This document shows positions 1-12,543 of a stretch of DNA of 64,000 bases, piece by piece (position 1 is the first letter of the stretch; the number at the start of each line of letters is the position of its first letter). The notes below the pieces were generated by a model. The model was not told the DNA's origin, searched no databases, and saw only the letters and a list, made by a program, of their open reading frames with translations. This stretch comes from Novakomyces olei (taxonomy: Eukaryota), in NCBI GenBank assembly GCA_016906335.1, contig JADEYG010000003.1, positions 1,488,001-1,552,000 on the forward strand, written 5' to 3'. Made by a program: the position numbers and the translations under genes.

Positions 1-3000
1 GAACCAAAGGCGGCCATATAAATAAAGCCTTTTTAGAAGCTGTATCCGCATCAGGCTTTTTTGCCATCACTGTGGCCAGCTCTAAAGCGCTACACTTTGT
101 GTCGTATTTCAAAAGTTGCACAGCCATTTCTTTAAAAGAAGGTAAATTGCTTTGTTCAGCAAAAGCGGCCCAACGCCTGGAGCACCATGGCTTAAGATAC
201 AAAACACGTTGTAATAAAGCTTGGCATTTTGTTGAAAACTGAAAAAAGTATTAGCGAAAAGAAATCTTATATTTTTATTTATGCTGCCTTACCTTTGACT
301 TACAAAGCTGCGCTAGCAAATGTGCTAAAAGTTCTCCATCTTCACCAGTATATGGTAATGTGTGAACTCCAGTAATGTATTTTTGATCTTTGGAAAGCAT
401 TTCTGGATTTTGGCTTACAAAGTCGAGAGCAATTATCGATACTATAAGCTGGCTGCTGGACTGCCCGAGTTTTAATCTGCCATTAGATCAGTATCATTAA
501 AAAATGAATTCAAAATATCGACAAAAAATAATCACCAAAAATACAGATGTGATAAAAATAGCTACATAAATAAAAATAAAATTAAGTGAATCGAAATTGC
601 TTACAGATGTTCAAGTTTCTCGTACGCAAGCGACCGTCCTTGGTCGCCGCCCAATGCCAAAAGCACGTTACTCAATAATATCGTCAAGTCTACCTTTGGA
701 GCGCTGGGGATATCAATACATTCCTGAAGGGTAGCCTGAGCCAATTCGCCGTCGTTGTTATGAAAGGCGCAAAGAGCTTTGCATAATAAAAGAGAAAGAC
801 TAATATGAGGCATTTCATCAGAAGATTCCAAAAGACTTATACCAGTGTCGGCGGACTCGTACGCTAACGCAAGATTACCGCGAGCCAGATATAACCGGGA
901 CAAAAGAGCCTTTATTTTTACAAAAGAACGCAAAACAGTTATATCTTCACTCGCTTCAAAGGCCTCTTCCAAGATGTCTGATAGTTCAAGCGCCAGTTTT
1001 TCTGCTTCTTCATATTGCTTGCTTCTCTCGAGGTAGGATGCCAATAGATACAAAGCCAAGCAGTTTTTAGAGTCGCGATATAAAATGTTCCGTAAATAAA
1101 ACACTATGGCACTTATATCGGAGCGGCTCATGGCAATGGATTTTTGACACAGTAATTCCAGACTCAACCGAGCAGACTGTAAAACAATTTGGTCCTAGAC
1201 ATTGTTAGGGATGAATAAAATATTAGACAAAATATTAGAAATAATATTATAATGATCAACAAATGTAAATAAACAAACGCATACCACTGATGGCCCAGTC
1301 AATGCGAGCCCATTATTGACAAGATCCAATGACCCCCTTAGGTCTCCTTCTATATTTGCAGTTAAAGACTGACCCATCCAAGCCCTCGCATGTTCAGGAT
1401 CTATAGTTTGCGACTTTATAAAGCATTCCAGCGCAAGTTCCAGCTCGTTCTCGGAAAGATACAACAGACCCAGATTTGTCCATATAGCGGGATTCTAAAT
1501 GTTGCGAATCAGTAAAAGCAAAATACTTTTGGGTCTTTCAAACTTGAAGCAACAAAATAATGCCAAGTAGAAATAAAAAATAATTTCCAAAACTCAAATT
1601 TAAATAAAATAAAAAAAAATTAGTCAAACGTTTCCGCTCATTACGCCATACCCTTTCGTTGAATTTCAAAGCTTTTATGAACGAATGTTGGGCCACCTTT
1701 GCATTCCTTTTAGACATTAAAACACCAAAAGTGTTCCAATAGTCAGACACAGGCGGGTTCAGACGGATAGCTTCCTTTACGCACGTGACTGCACTTTCCC
1801 TGAACTGATCTCCACAATTTTCAAACTCGGCGAAAGCCATAAAACATGTACCCAAATTAAACCACGAAGCAGCCGCCGCTATTCGATTACCGCCAAAGGT
1901 CAGTCGTACTTGCTGCAGATAGGCATTGATGGCATAATACGCAACTTCAGGCCAGCCGCCTTGCATACTGTCACGGCCATAATTTGTCCACGCCACAATA
2001 TCCGCCTTTGCCTCTCCTGGAATTTCGTAACCCTTATTCAATTCATCAAATAAGCCCACTAAACTGGCCCGCATTTGTGTAAAAGGAAACTCTTTTAATC
2101 GGGAGCTGATTCGAGCGAAAAACACACAAGAATCTCCAAGACTTTTCCATCCATCGGCACAAGTATCATCAAGCTGCACTAATTGCCGATTATGCTGCAA
2201 AGCTCGATTGACAAGGTCGACAGAGCGATGTACAAAGCCGCCTATTAATTGACTCTGAGCATATTTGCTATAAAGCTGACAAAGCACAAGATGAACACCA
2301 ACTTCTGCTGGTCGAGCGCGTAAAATTGCCTTGCTCTCGGCGACACCGCTTTCATACTCGCCGATATCTCGATAAATACAGGCTAAGAGAAAAGAAGAAA
2401 ACCATAAACTGCCTTTATCACTGCTCGCCTGAGTGCAAGCTTTTTGCAGAGCCTTCAAGGCCGCCATGGGCTTACCTGCGCGGTAATAAGCCTCACCGAG
2501 GCCGCTCCAGCTTTGGCCATCACCTGGATTGAACCTTAAAGCTGTTTGGAAGCGTTTGATGGCCATTGACCATTCCTGCCGTTTGATAGCCAACACTCCT
2601 AAAGCTCGGTGAGGCCAGGCTTTGTTTCCCTGTACAAAGCGATCAGTTGGAGCAAGTGAATACTGAGCGGCTCTTTCAGCAATCACAAAGACAAGTTCCG
2701 CAGCGTCGTCGTCGTTATCACCATCAGCGAAAGACTGAGCCAATTTTTCTCCAGCATCAAGTTGAGACGGATCCAGCTCAAAGGCTTTATGGAAACATTT
2801 GGCTGCCCTAACCCTATCATTTCCAATTGACTCATAGTAGAAGCCAAGACGCGCATAGGCAGAAGCGTTCGCCGGGTCTATACGCAGAGCTTGAGTATAA
2901 AACGCGTGTGATTGTGAGCAAATTGGCAGTTGCTCTGAGCATAATCCTAAGAGCAGATACGCGTCTGAAGCAAACCGTTTATTGCTTTTCGCTAGTGTTA

Positions 3001-4923
3001 CATCCTGACGGTCAAGTAACGGACTGAGCAAATCGGTTGCCTCTGCATAATGACCGAGCTTATACTCGCACCAGGCAAGTTCTAAAATAACAGACAGATT
3101 GGTCTTCTCTGCGCAGGACTTCGCCTTGGCTAATATTTCCCGGGCCAAAGTATAATCGTTCCTTGCTTGAGCAAGTAAGCCATCGCCCAGCAAGGCCTCA
3201 ACATTGTCCGGGTACTCGGTCAGCAACTGTTTAAACAGCCGTTCAGCCAGAGGATAGTTTTTTGGCGGTACATTACGCAAATACCCATACGCTAACCATA
3301 TCCGAAGCTGTAACAGGGTTTTCTGCATAGACAGAGATGTTGCTTCTGATTGCGCATTTACCAGGTCTATTGTGTGTGTTGCGTAATCGCATAGTAAAGC
3401 GTACTCTTGTGCATAGTAAAGGACTTGACATGCTGCCCGCTGACAGACAATAGACGCCTTGTTTTTGGCCGCGTGGTCCACAACATCAGCAGCGGCATAA
3501 AACTCCGGTGTATTCTGATTATTGTCGGCGTAAGGGTTTACATTTTCATGGTCAGTAGTGCCATCTTGCCCATTGTTGCTAGCTTTGTCATCATCATCGC
3601 TATGATTTCTGTTTTTGTCTCCATTTTTATTATGTTCATCCTTCTGATGCAAATCTGTAAACATTAATTCAAAACAATAGGCTAGTGCCGAGTCCGGAAA
3701 CATGGTGCAATAATCCCGAACAATTTCTTGATTGTAGTCTTTGGTATACGCGACATCGTGCCATTCGAAATAAATGTCCCAGACCTGCTGGTTTTGGACG
3801 CGAAGAAGAATGAAGTCGTCAGCCGCTTTTGCTACTTTTTGGCTCAGGGAGGGCTTTCTTGATTTGGGGCAGTTCAAGAGCTCGTCGTATAATCTTTGGA
3901 ATAATTTGATCTCATAACTTCTCCGCAATTCGTCGTCATGTGTCCAGTCGATTACGCCTTGTACATAATCCACATATTTGGACTGCTCGTACACTTTTGT
4001 TTTGATTTCTGCCGAATAGCTCTTCATATCAATGCCAAGCCGGGTTCTTGCACTAGCTAGGTGCTTTGCCATCCAATTAGATTCCTTTTCAAGGAGCCCG
4101 GATGCAAGTTTTTCGTATACCACATCTGGAGGCGGAACTGATCCTTGAACAGCTGAATATATGGGCGAATCCGGCAAACAAAGTTTAAGCACAGACCAGT
4201 ACTGCAATGTAAATGTTAGCCTTGGTTATAGCAGATCACAGCCAGCAAAATTGATAAGGTAAAAATTTAAATTTAAAAATCACAATTTTGAACAAATTTG
4301 GAAAATTTGACAAATAAAAAATTAATTTAAACAATGAAATATGTTGTAAAAAAAGGATAAACACTTAGACTTTACCAATTCGATATGCGCCTTGTCGGCT
4401 TGGACCAGCTCCATAAACGATGTCAGTGTGGATACACATTTCTCTGGATGATCACTAAAGGCGAACTGTGAGTATTTCTGATGCAGAAAATATTATGATT
4501 GATTTCGAGATTATTCTCAAAACAAGTCCCTTACAGCTGATTGTACAAAACGACAAGCTTTTCCACAACGTGATACAATGAAGGTAAATCCTTATTTTTG
4601 GTAAACAAGTTATAAAGACCCTAGAGACGTTAATACAATTTTCGTTATGTGAACGAGGTTTCAGTTATGTCTGCCAAAAATCCGATGTATTGGAGACTTA
4701 CCTGCCAAGCAAGAAGCTGCTCAGGATCAACTCGAGTTGCTTGCTCGTATGAAGCGCGTGCTTCATCCAAATGGCCCAAATTCAACTGTGCTAGTCCGGC
4801 AAAGACGAGCGCATGATAATTGCTTTCATGAGTTTCTAGAACCAATTGGGCTTGAGCTAGCGCAGTGTCGAAATCATTTTTTTGAATTGCTTCACGTGCC
4901 GCTTTTAACGCGGCCCGTGACAT
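1..4923 (-). CDS. SKI3: Superkiller complex TPR subunit Ski3 (multi-exon; 3' end runs off window start)
   Basis: ATG at 4923 (MSRAALKAAREAIQKNDF...NYHALVFAGLA, typical Ski3/TTC37 N-terminus). ORFs 4645-4923, 1538-4207, 1195-1464 and 601-1167 join through 7 GT-AG introns (e.g. 4701-4621, 1651-1495) into a long TPR protein (RAAKCFHKAFELD, AQHSFIKAL). Confidence 0.9.
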
Positions 4924-4953
4924 TGCGCTGTGACTAGATGCACATTATTCTTG

Positions 4954-5170
4954 AACCCTAGATTTACGTCAAGTCAATGATGACATGAACTAAATCACAT
5001 CACACGATTAGAAAACCCTAATAAATTGGTGATGCTCGATAACGAGCGTTGGCTGAAAACCCTAGCACATTATTCGATATCAAAGAGCCCCATAATCGGT
5101 TTCACGTGATGACTGACCACTTACTTGTCCATCATGATACCATACCGTACCATACAATAAGAAAACCCTA
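4954..5170. promoter_or_regulatory. Cluster of telo-box-like (A)AACCCTA motifs in the divergent SKI3 / AMPK-beta promoter
   Basis: AACCCTA at 4954; AAACCCTA at 5013, 5057 and 5163; CACGTG at 5103. Function is inferred. Confidence 0.5.
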
Positions 5171-5302
5171 CCTTCTGACCGATGACATTGAGGAAAGTGG
5201 AGTCGCGTGCTCCAACAGCCTTGGGGTAAATCAGAGCGATAGGGCAGACCAATCAGCCCACTGCAGGGTCAAATATCTATTATTGATTAGCCAATAGATC
5301 AA

Positions 5303-6568
5303 ATGGGCAACACACAAAGCTCAAATCGTGACCGCGAAGAAGGAGGCAGACCACGAGGGTCGAGCGCTTCGGATCACGCTTTTAGCGGGCTGCCTCAACG
5401 CCGCCTGAGCCGTCGTGAACGGCGGTTCACCAATGAAAGCGCTGGCGGTGCTACAGCGACTTCGCCTGCGCCTTCATCCAAAAGTGGGCATGGCTCAGTT
5501 CGCAACCAAAGGCACCGACTTAACATGTTGGACGAAGACGCTGAGGATCGAGTATCGCCGGCCGTTACTCGTGCTTCTGCTCAAGGGGGAGGAGCTTTAC
5601 ACGACAGTAATATCGGCACCTCTCCGGGCACCGACGATACAAAAGCAAGTGGAGATGGTGAGTTTAGACTCTGGAGATTTGGAAAGTTTCGAATTAATTA
5701 CTAATGATCAATAGCCCACTTGATACCGACAATACTTCAATGGCGTAAAGGCGGTAACAACATTTCCGTGATTGGGTCGTTTACCGGATGGGCAAAGAAA
5801 ATCAAATTATCAAAAAGGTGAGCTTGCTTTAAAAAAGAGAAAAAAATAAAATGACGGATGAAAGCTTAGGGCTTTAAGCAGAGGTTTTGCTTACGATTTA
5901 GTGCGCATGATTTTTCAACTATTATAAATCTTCCACCAGGCACTCATCGGCTCAAATTCCAAGTTGATGGCGAGTACCGGTGCAGCGATGAGCTTCCCAC
6001 CGCTACAGATTCAGTGGGCAATTTAGTTAACTACATTGAAGTGTCAGAGGAAGAATTTGCCCTTAATGACTCTAATAATAGTGCTTATAACGTTCTTTCA
6101 CGTAAGTGTCCTTGAGCTTTCAAGCTTCTGTACCGCACTCTTCTCTTTCACATTTTATTATGTTATCTACCTTTTTTTCTTCCTTTAGTCTTGATTCTTT
6201 CTGATTTTGGTTTTCATAATTATCATTTCTGTGGCCACTGGCTAATACTATTAGCACGCGAATTACCGGCAGATGTTTACATTGACGAGATACCTGGATT
6301 TATTCGCAATGATAGTGCGCCTATTTTCCAGTATGCCAAAGACTACTCGGCGCCCGGTTTACCACCTCAATTGGAAAAGGTTATTTTAAATACTACAAAC
6401 TCAATGAGCAAAGACGATCAGAGCGTTTTGGCCAATCCTAACCATGTTGTTCTCAACCATTTAGCTGCCACAAGTGTTAAGAATAACGTGCTTGCTGTAT
6501 CTGCTACAACAAGGTATCATCGGAAGTATGTCACTACTATTCTTTATACACCAGTGGACAAGGATTGA
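5303..6568 (+). CDS. amk2: AMPK/SNF1 beta subunit (Gal83/Sip2/Amk2 family), 4 exons
   Basis: MGNTQS myristoylation start; glycogen-binding CBM (PTILQWRKGG...GSFTGW...LPPGTHRLKFQVDGEY); C-terminal ASC domain (PNHVVLNHLAATSVKNNVLAVSATTRYHRKYVTTILY); 3 GT-AG introns. Confidence 0.93.
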
Positions 6569-7223
6569 GTCCATTTATCTTATGAGGTTTAGGTTTTAGT
6601 CTGTTATTTTAATTGATTTTATGAGCGCCAAAATCATTCTGTATAAATCTAATAAGTCCAAACGAAACACATATTAATTCATGATCAAACTGTGATGTGT
6701 CATTTCATTCTGGCAAATTCTTCTTTAGGCGTGTTACTGCAGTAGGTGGTGACGATACTAGCTGTAGCACCTCCTCGTTATTATCGTCTAGACATTCATG
6801 TCCATATAGCTAGCTGCTATGCATCCAGATCTTTGGCGGTTGTAGCTGAGATGGTTGTCATTTTTGAATCAAATAATATTACGGCTTCATTGTATTCCAT
6901 CTTAATTTCGACATACTGAATTTCCCAGATTCCCGTTTACGGAAATAAAAAAGGGAAAGTATTCTAGTGTCCGCCATATTTTGTATTTTGAATCAATATC
7001 CTCCCCAGATATACTATAATATGTTTAGACCAACATTGAGCAAGCAAGTCCTCCCGATATTGCGAATTAGCACAATACAAGAGTTTGCCCCTTTAAAAAA
7101 TATAATAAATAAAATTAAATTAACAAATAATAAATAATAAATAATAAATAATATTATTAATGATTTGGCATCAGTAGCCAGTAGCAGAGTATTCTAGAGG
7201 TTTGTCCAGTATCTCAAACCCGC

Positions 7224-8513
7224 ATGCCTTTAGCTTATCTACTCGGCGGAAATCTGAACTGGCTTGCCGAAAAACTTTCAAATCGCAATGTCCAGGCTCT
7301 CGTGCTCATATCGATCGTCGTTGTTTTAGCAAAGAAATGGTTTTCCGGTGCGCAGAATACATGGGAACGCGACTTGCATGGGCGTGTTTTTATAATAACC
7401 GTATGGGACATGACATTATTCGATTCTTGTTTTGTTTGCTTTTGTTGCCAGTTTAAACTTGGATTATGCCCGATACTTGCCTGCTTTGCTTGGTCTCTTT
7501 TTCATTTGATATGAACCATTTTCCCCGTGCAATTCTAAAATTAACCATCAAAGGGAGGCACATCAGGGATAGGGTGGGCCACTACTCGGCAATTAGCGAG
7601 CCGTGGAGCTCAGCTTATACTGCTCACACAATCAGACCCGGATCAAGTACTGGTTGATCAGATTGAAGCTCTTCGCGAGGAAACTCAAAATTTATTAGTC
7701 TATACAGAAACGTGTAATCTTGCATCACTCCAGTCTGTGCGTCAATTCGCTACAAAATGGATCGATAACGCACCACCTCGACGTCTTGACGCTGTGCTTT
7801 GCTGTGCATCTGTTTTGCTACCACCTGGAGCAGAACGTACAGTCAGTAAGAGCGAAATAGAGTTACATTGGGCCGTCATTTACTATGGCCATTTATTGCT
7901 GCTCGATATTTTGACCCCTGCGTTACGCGTTCAACCGCCTGATCGCGACGTTCGCGTAATTATTGTCACGTGCAGTCTTCACATGTTATCGGGGCTTTTA
8001 CCGGACGCTGTACGTGCAGACAAGATGGGCGAGTACCCGCGCTGGACTCCATGGACCGTGTTTGCCAATGCCAAACTGGCTCTAATGGCTTATGGCCTGT
8101 CTCTACAGCAGGAGATGACAAGGTACAAGAGGCCAGACGGCCAGCCGAATGGTGTTAGTGTCTTATTGGTCGATCCGGGAGTTGTGCGGACTCCGGGGTT
8201 CCGTCGGTTTGTATCGTTTGGATCTCTATGGGGCCTCTTGGCTTACGTATCGCTCTACCCGTTATTCTGGTTCTTTTTCAAAAACGAATTACAGGGAGCT
8301 CAAAGCATTCTTTACGCTGCAATGTCGCCAGAGTATAAGCATAAGAGTAATATCGAATACATTCGAGAGTGTAGTAGTATGCGGCTACGGAAAAAGGAGC
8401 TGGGAGACCAGTCGTTTGTGGACAATGTTTTGAAACATGGACGGGCATGTTTGGAGGAAGCGGAAAAGCGATCAAGGCCCAAGAAAAATGCAAAAGGCAA
8501 AGCGACGCAGTAG
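7224..8513 (+). CDS. PBR1: Short-chain dehydrogenase/reductase, Pbr1 (YNL181W)-like ER protein, 2 exons
   Basis: Intron 7401-7553 gives WERDLHGRVFIIT|GGTSGIG; also VRQFATKWIDNAPPRRLD and LRVQPPDRDVRVI, typical of this fungal family. Confidence 0.8.
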
Positions 8514-8725
8514 GTTTGGATTGTGAGAAGGCCCAAGTGTGCTTGCAAAATCAAGATTTTGAGGACAGATGGATGGCTATTCTAATACAATTTACGGTGG
8601 ACAATGGAATTATAATCTCCGTAATTTTGATGAGCTACGGCCGAAAATAGCAATATAGAAAAACTGATGCATAGCACATTTAGCTCTGTTGTGGATAGTC
8701 AAAGTGTTTTATTGAATATCATTAC

Positions 8726-9252
8726 ATGAGACATTTTGAAACTGTACGGTGTATCAGAATCCGAGCTGTACATAAAGATGAAACAAATCCTCGCGTGTTT
8801 GAAAAATGCACTAATTCGATATAATCTCAAAACAAATATTATATAGTGCGAGATCAACATGTAATAATTACATATAAAGCAATTGCTCTATAGATATTAC
8901 TTGTGCACATTACCGGACGAGGAATATCGGTAAAGGCATTAGTTGAAGAAAAGGAGCTAAAATACAGTAGCGCCGACTCTAACATTACTGGTGCTGCCTT
9001 TACCAACCAAGAGTATGATTACTTGACTAATCTTGGAGACAGGCAGAAAAACAAAGTGATCGCAAAAAATCTCCGCCTAATCTGCGGTAGGCGCTGATTT
9101 TATAAGCAATAACGTGGATCTGTTTGGGTCTTGAGCTTCGTTTTGCGGCCAAGACACTGCGATTTGTCTCTCTTGTCTAACAATATTGTACGCGTCATTG
9201 CTTTTGCATGAACACCTCTTTCAGGATAAAAAGTGTGGTCTTTTCGCAGTGA
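8726..9252 (+). other. Possible small multi-exon gene or spliced transcript, not represented as one ORF
   Basis: Series of short intron-like segments (8930-8967 GTAAAG..GCTAAA..CAG; 9013-9042 GTATGA..CTAAT..CAG) that can be spliced in frame. No homolog recognised. Confidence 0.25.
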
Positions 9253-9498
9253 GAACGGGCGCATGGCGGTTCATTTATGTCATCAGCAATTAAACAGGCA
9301 ACCATCTCTCGGTTGGTAATCAACGACTGCAAGACGAGTCTTTAAAAATACCAAAATAAAAGGAAAATATCAGTCAGATAAAACGAGCAGAGGATTGGGA
9401 AAGGGATCGATGCGTGATCGAAAATTTGGGTTGTTTTAGATCAGGTTTATCGCAAAACTGCCGTGTTTGTCGCTCGAGTTACCTCTATTACGGTCGTC

Positions 9499-11092
9499 AT
9501 GCCTTTATATCATTGCGACGTATGTTCGCAAGACATAACACGTCTAGTGCATATAAAATGCGTAGAGTGCGAGGATTTTGATCTATGCATTCCGTGTTTC
9601 ACGTCTGGCTCTACCGCAGGATCTCATCAGCCCTGGCACGCGTATCGCGTAATCGAGACCGACAGCTACCCGCTTTTTGATCCTGACTGGGGTGCTTATG
9701 AGGAAATGCTTCTCATTGAGGGACTGGATACCTATGGCCTTGGGAACTGGGCCGATGTCGCTGATCATGTGGGGAATGCTTGGACAAAGGAAGATTGCGC
9801 ACAGCACTACCTTGATCTTTATATAAACTCGCGTACATATCCTGTTCCTGTATGCTTTCTCGTACCGCTCTCTGCTTTCTTTTATACATCTTGTTTCTTT
9901 TTAAATCTTTTTTCTGTTTAAATCTTTTTTCTTTACTAATTCAATTTAACGCTGTTCTATCGTCTAGTTTTCGTGTATTCTTTTCCGTCTGGTTTATTCA
10001 AACTAACATTGTAGGAAATACCTGCAGAGATAAAGGTTGACCGTGAAGAGTTTCAAGTACGCAAGAAACGGAGAATTGAGCAGTCACTAGCTGCGCAAAA
10101 GCTGCAGTCGGTCGCTTCGCAGCGGTATAAACCAGTCTCCTCGCAACCAGCCAATCATGAGATCCAAGGGTACATGCCTGGCCGATTAGAATTTGAGACG
10201 GAGATTGAGAATGACGCGGAAACGTCGATTAAAGACTTCTCCTTCGACGAAGATATAGCGGAAGGCAACGAAGCAGAGCTCCAGCTCAAATTGATCATGC
10301 TTTCAATCTATAACGGCCGTCTTACGCGAAGAGCAGAGCGAAAACGCGTTGTATTCGAACATAATCTCTTGGACTACAAACGCAATCAAGCTGTTGATAA
10401 ACGGAGACCAAAGGAAGAAAGAGACCTATTATTGAAGACGCGTCCTTTTGCACGAATGCAAAATTCAGAGGATTACGATGCTTTTGCTGACGGACTTGTG
10501 AACGAGCTTCAACTTCGGCGCTGTATCTCAGAGCTTCAAGAGTGGCGTCGTAACGGGCTTACGACCCTCGATCAAGGCGGCAAATACGAACGTGACAAAG
10601 CACAAAGGGTACGAAGTTTGCAGTATCGGACTGTTTATTATTTTTATCTAATTATCTATTGTATTTGCTAATATTCAGCAATCTGTTGCGCGCAACACGG
10701 GAGTCCTTATGAGCGGCGACAAATTTTCTCGGCCGTCAAAGACGTCAATGGCTGCGTCGGCTGGTATGCCTACGCGTAGCACTGCCTCGGAAGAGTTTAC
10801 TCGAGAAGGTGCAGCCGCTAAATGGATGCGGCAGATTAATATGTATCCTGCTTTATCAGACGCTGCAGATGCTCAATTGCTAACACCAGCGGAACAAAAT
10901 TTATGTTCAGTGCTGCGTATATTACCCAAGCCCTACTTGGCAATAAAGGAGGCTATAATCCGGGAATTACTTCGCACAGGGGGCCAGTTGAAACGCAAAC
11001 AGGTTCGTGACCTATTCAAGATTGATACGTCGAAAGCATTCAAGATTTATGAGTTTTTTGTGCAGAGCGGGTGGGTACCGTCTAAATCATAA
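9499..11092 (+). CDS. ADA2: SAGA transcriptional adaptor Ada2, 3 exons
   Basis: ZZ zinc finger ([11 protein letters not shown]...[14 protein letters not shown]), SANT ([13 protein letters not shown]), [12 protein letters not shown] and C-terminal SWIRM; 2 GT-AG introns. Confidence 0.95.
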
Positions 11093-11566
11093 ACAAGCAA
11101 TAATTGTATTTGTATAAAAAGCGATATATTATATAATTCACTTTTTTTTGCCTCAAATTCTCCATGTTCATACCTGTCGAATAGACCTGTCGAATAGACT
11201 CAAAAGTGTCAAACTGCACGCCTGCAACGATACTCTTCTACCAACATAAGCCACAATTGGTTTACCTTAATTATATTGTAGATTATCGCCTTAGGGATTC
11301 TACAAGCCTCTTTATGAGTGCCGTATTTAATGGAAGGTGCTCTCTGAGTGCCGTGCCCAAAGCAAAATATCAAACCCGTTTGCCTTGAACTGATTACGAG
11401 CATGTAAACCTATTTAGCCTACGCGACATGATATAGATTTTTCTTTGCAAATACCAATTGAGTCCAATTGCTTCATTGTATAGATCCCGTACGTATATTA
11501 ATTATTTTGGTGTAACTGCCAATCAAAGCAACTCAACTCGACTTTGTGAGCGGCAAACAGGCCAAT

Positions 11567-12266
11567 ATGTCGTTGCGGACAAAGTATTTGGCGGTATGCT
11601 TTTGGGAAAACAGGCCGTTTAGATAACAGACTTGATAACAAAGTATGGTCGCTTATTAGTAGGCGGAGACGCTATACGAATGGCTGCTCGATGCAAATAG
11701 GTCAAACAAGTTTCTCGTCGTCGACGTCCGGGACGACGATTTCCAAGTATTAATCTTCAATATTGTGTTACAAAGTACTCACCACTATTTGACAGGGAGG
11801 CAACATTCGCGGTGCTCTTCACTACCCTTCGGCCGAGTTTTCATCAAGTATCACTGAGCTCGTAAATCTTGCTTCGAATAGCGATGCTGTCGTATTTCAT
11901 TGTGCGCTGTCGCAAAGCAGGGGTAATAATGCCGTCACCCTTGAATGGTCCTTTTTCCTTCTTTTTTCTTTTGTTTTCTTTCCTTTATTTCCTTTATTTT
12001 TCCAATCACTCTGTTTCTTGATCGCCTCTGTCGGTCTCTTTAATTGCTCCAAGTCTTTATTGATGTGTCTATTAACTGCATTTCCAGGCCCAAAGGCAGC
12101 TAGACAATTTTTAGAGGCGCTTGATGCAGCTCATGGAGCATCGGCACCTCAGACTGTTTACATATTACGGAACGGATTTGCTGGCTGGCAGCAAAAGTAC
12201 GGGTCTGATGAACGTGTTACGGAAAATTATGACGCTGACGGTTGGAAAATGGGGTACTTTGCTTAG
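11567..12266 (+). CDS. YCH1: Cdc25-like rhodanese-domain phosphatase / arsenate reductase (Ych1/Ibp1 family), 4 exons
   Basis: Spliced protein MSLRTKYLA|AETLYEW...FLVVDVRDDDFQ|GGNIRGA...VVFHCALSQSR|GPKAA...VYILRNGFAGWQ with HCX5R catalytic loop. Confidence 0.85.
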
Positions 12267-12543
12267 ACTCGGTTCAGTATAGGCTGTAAATGACTTTTGG
12301 CGCCAGACAGCATTGACACGGGCTGTATTATAGCAGAATAGACGAATACGGTTGGGATGTAGTGATTAAAGTGTAGTTACAACTGAGGATAAGCAAAAGA
12401 TGGCAAAAGAAAGAGAGCGGTAAATAGCATGAACGAATATTTCTACATAGATGGAAGATTGTCTTTTGCGATTCTTTTATTGTGAGCTCGCAAGCATCTT
12501 TGACTAGTAGTCACTCTTGTCCTGCGCATTTTAAACAAATCTT

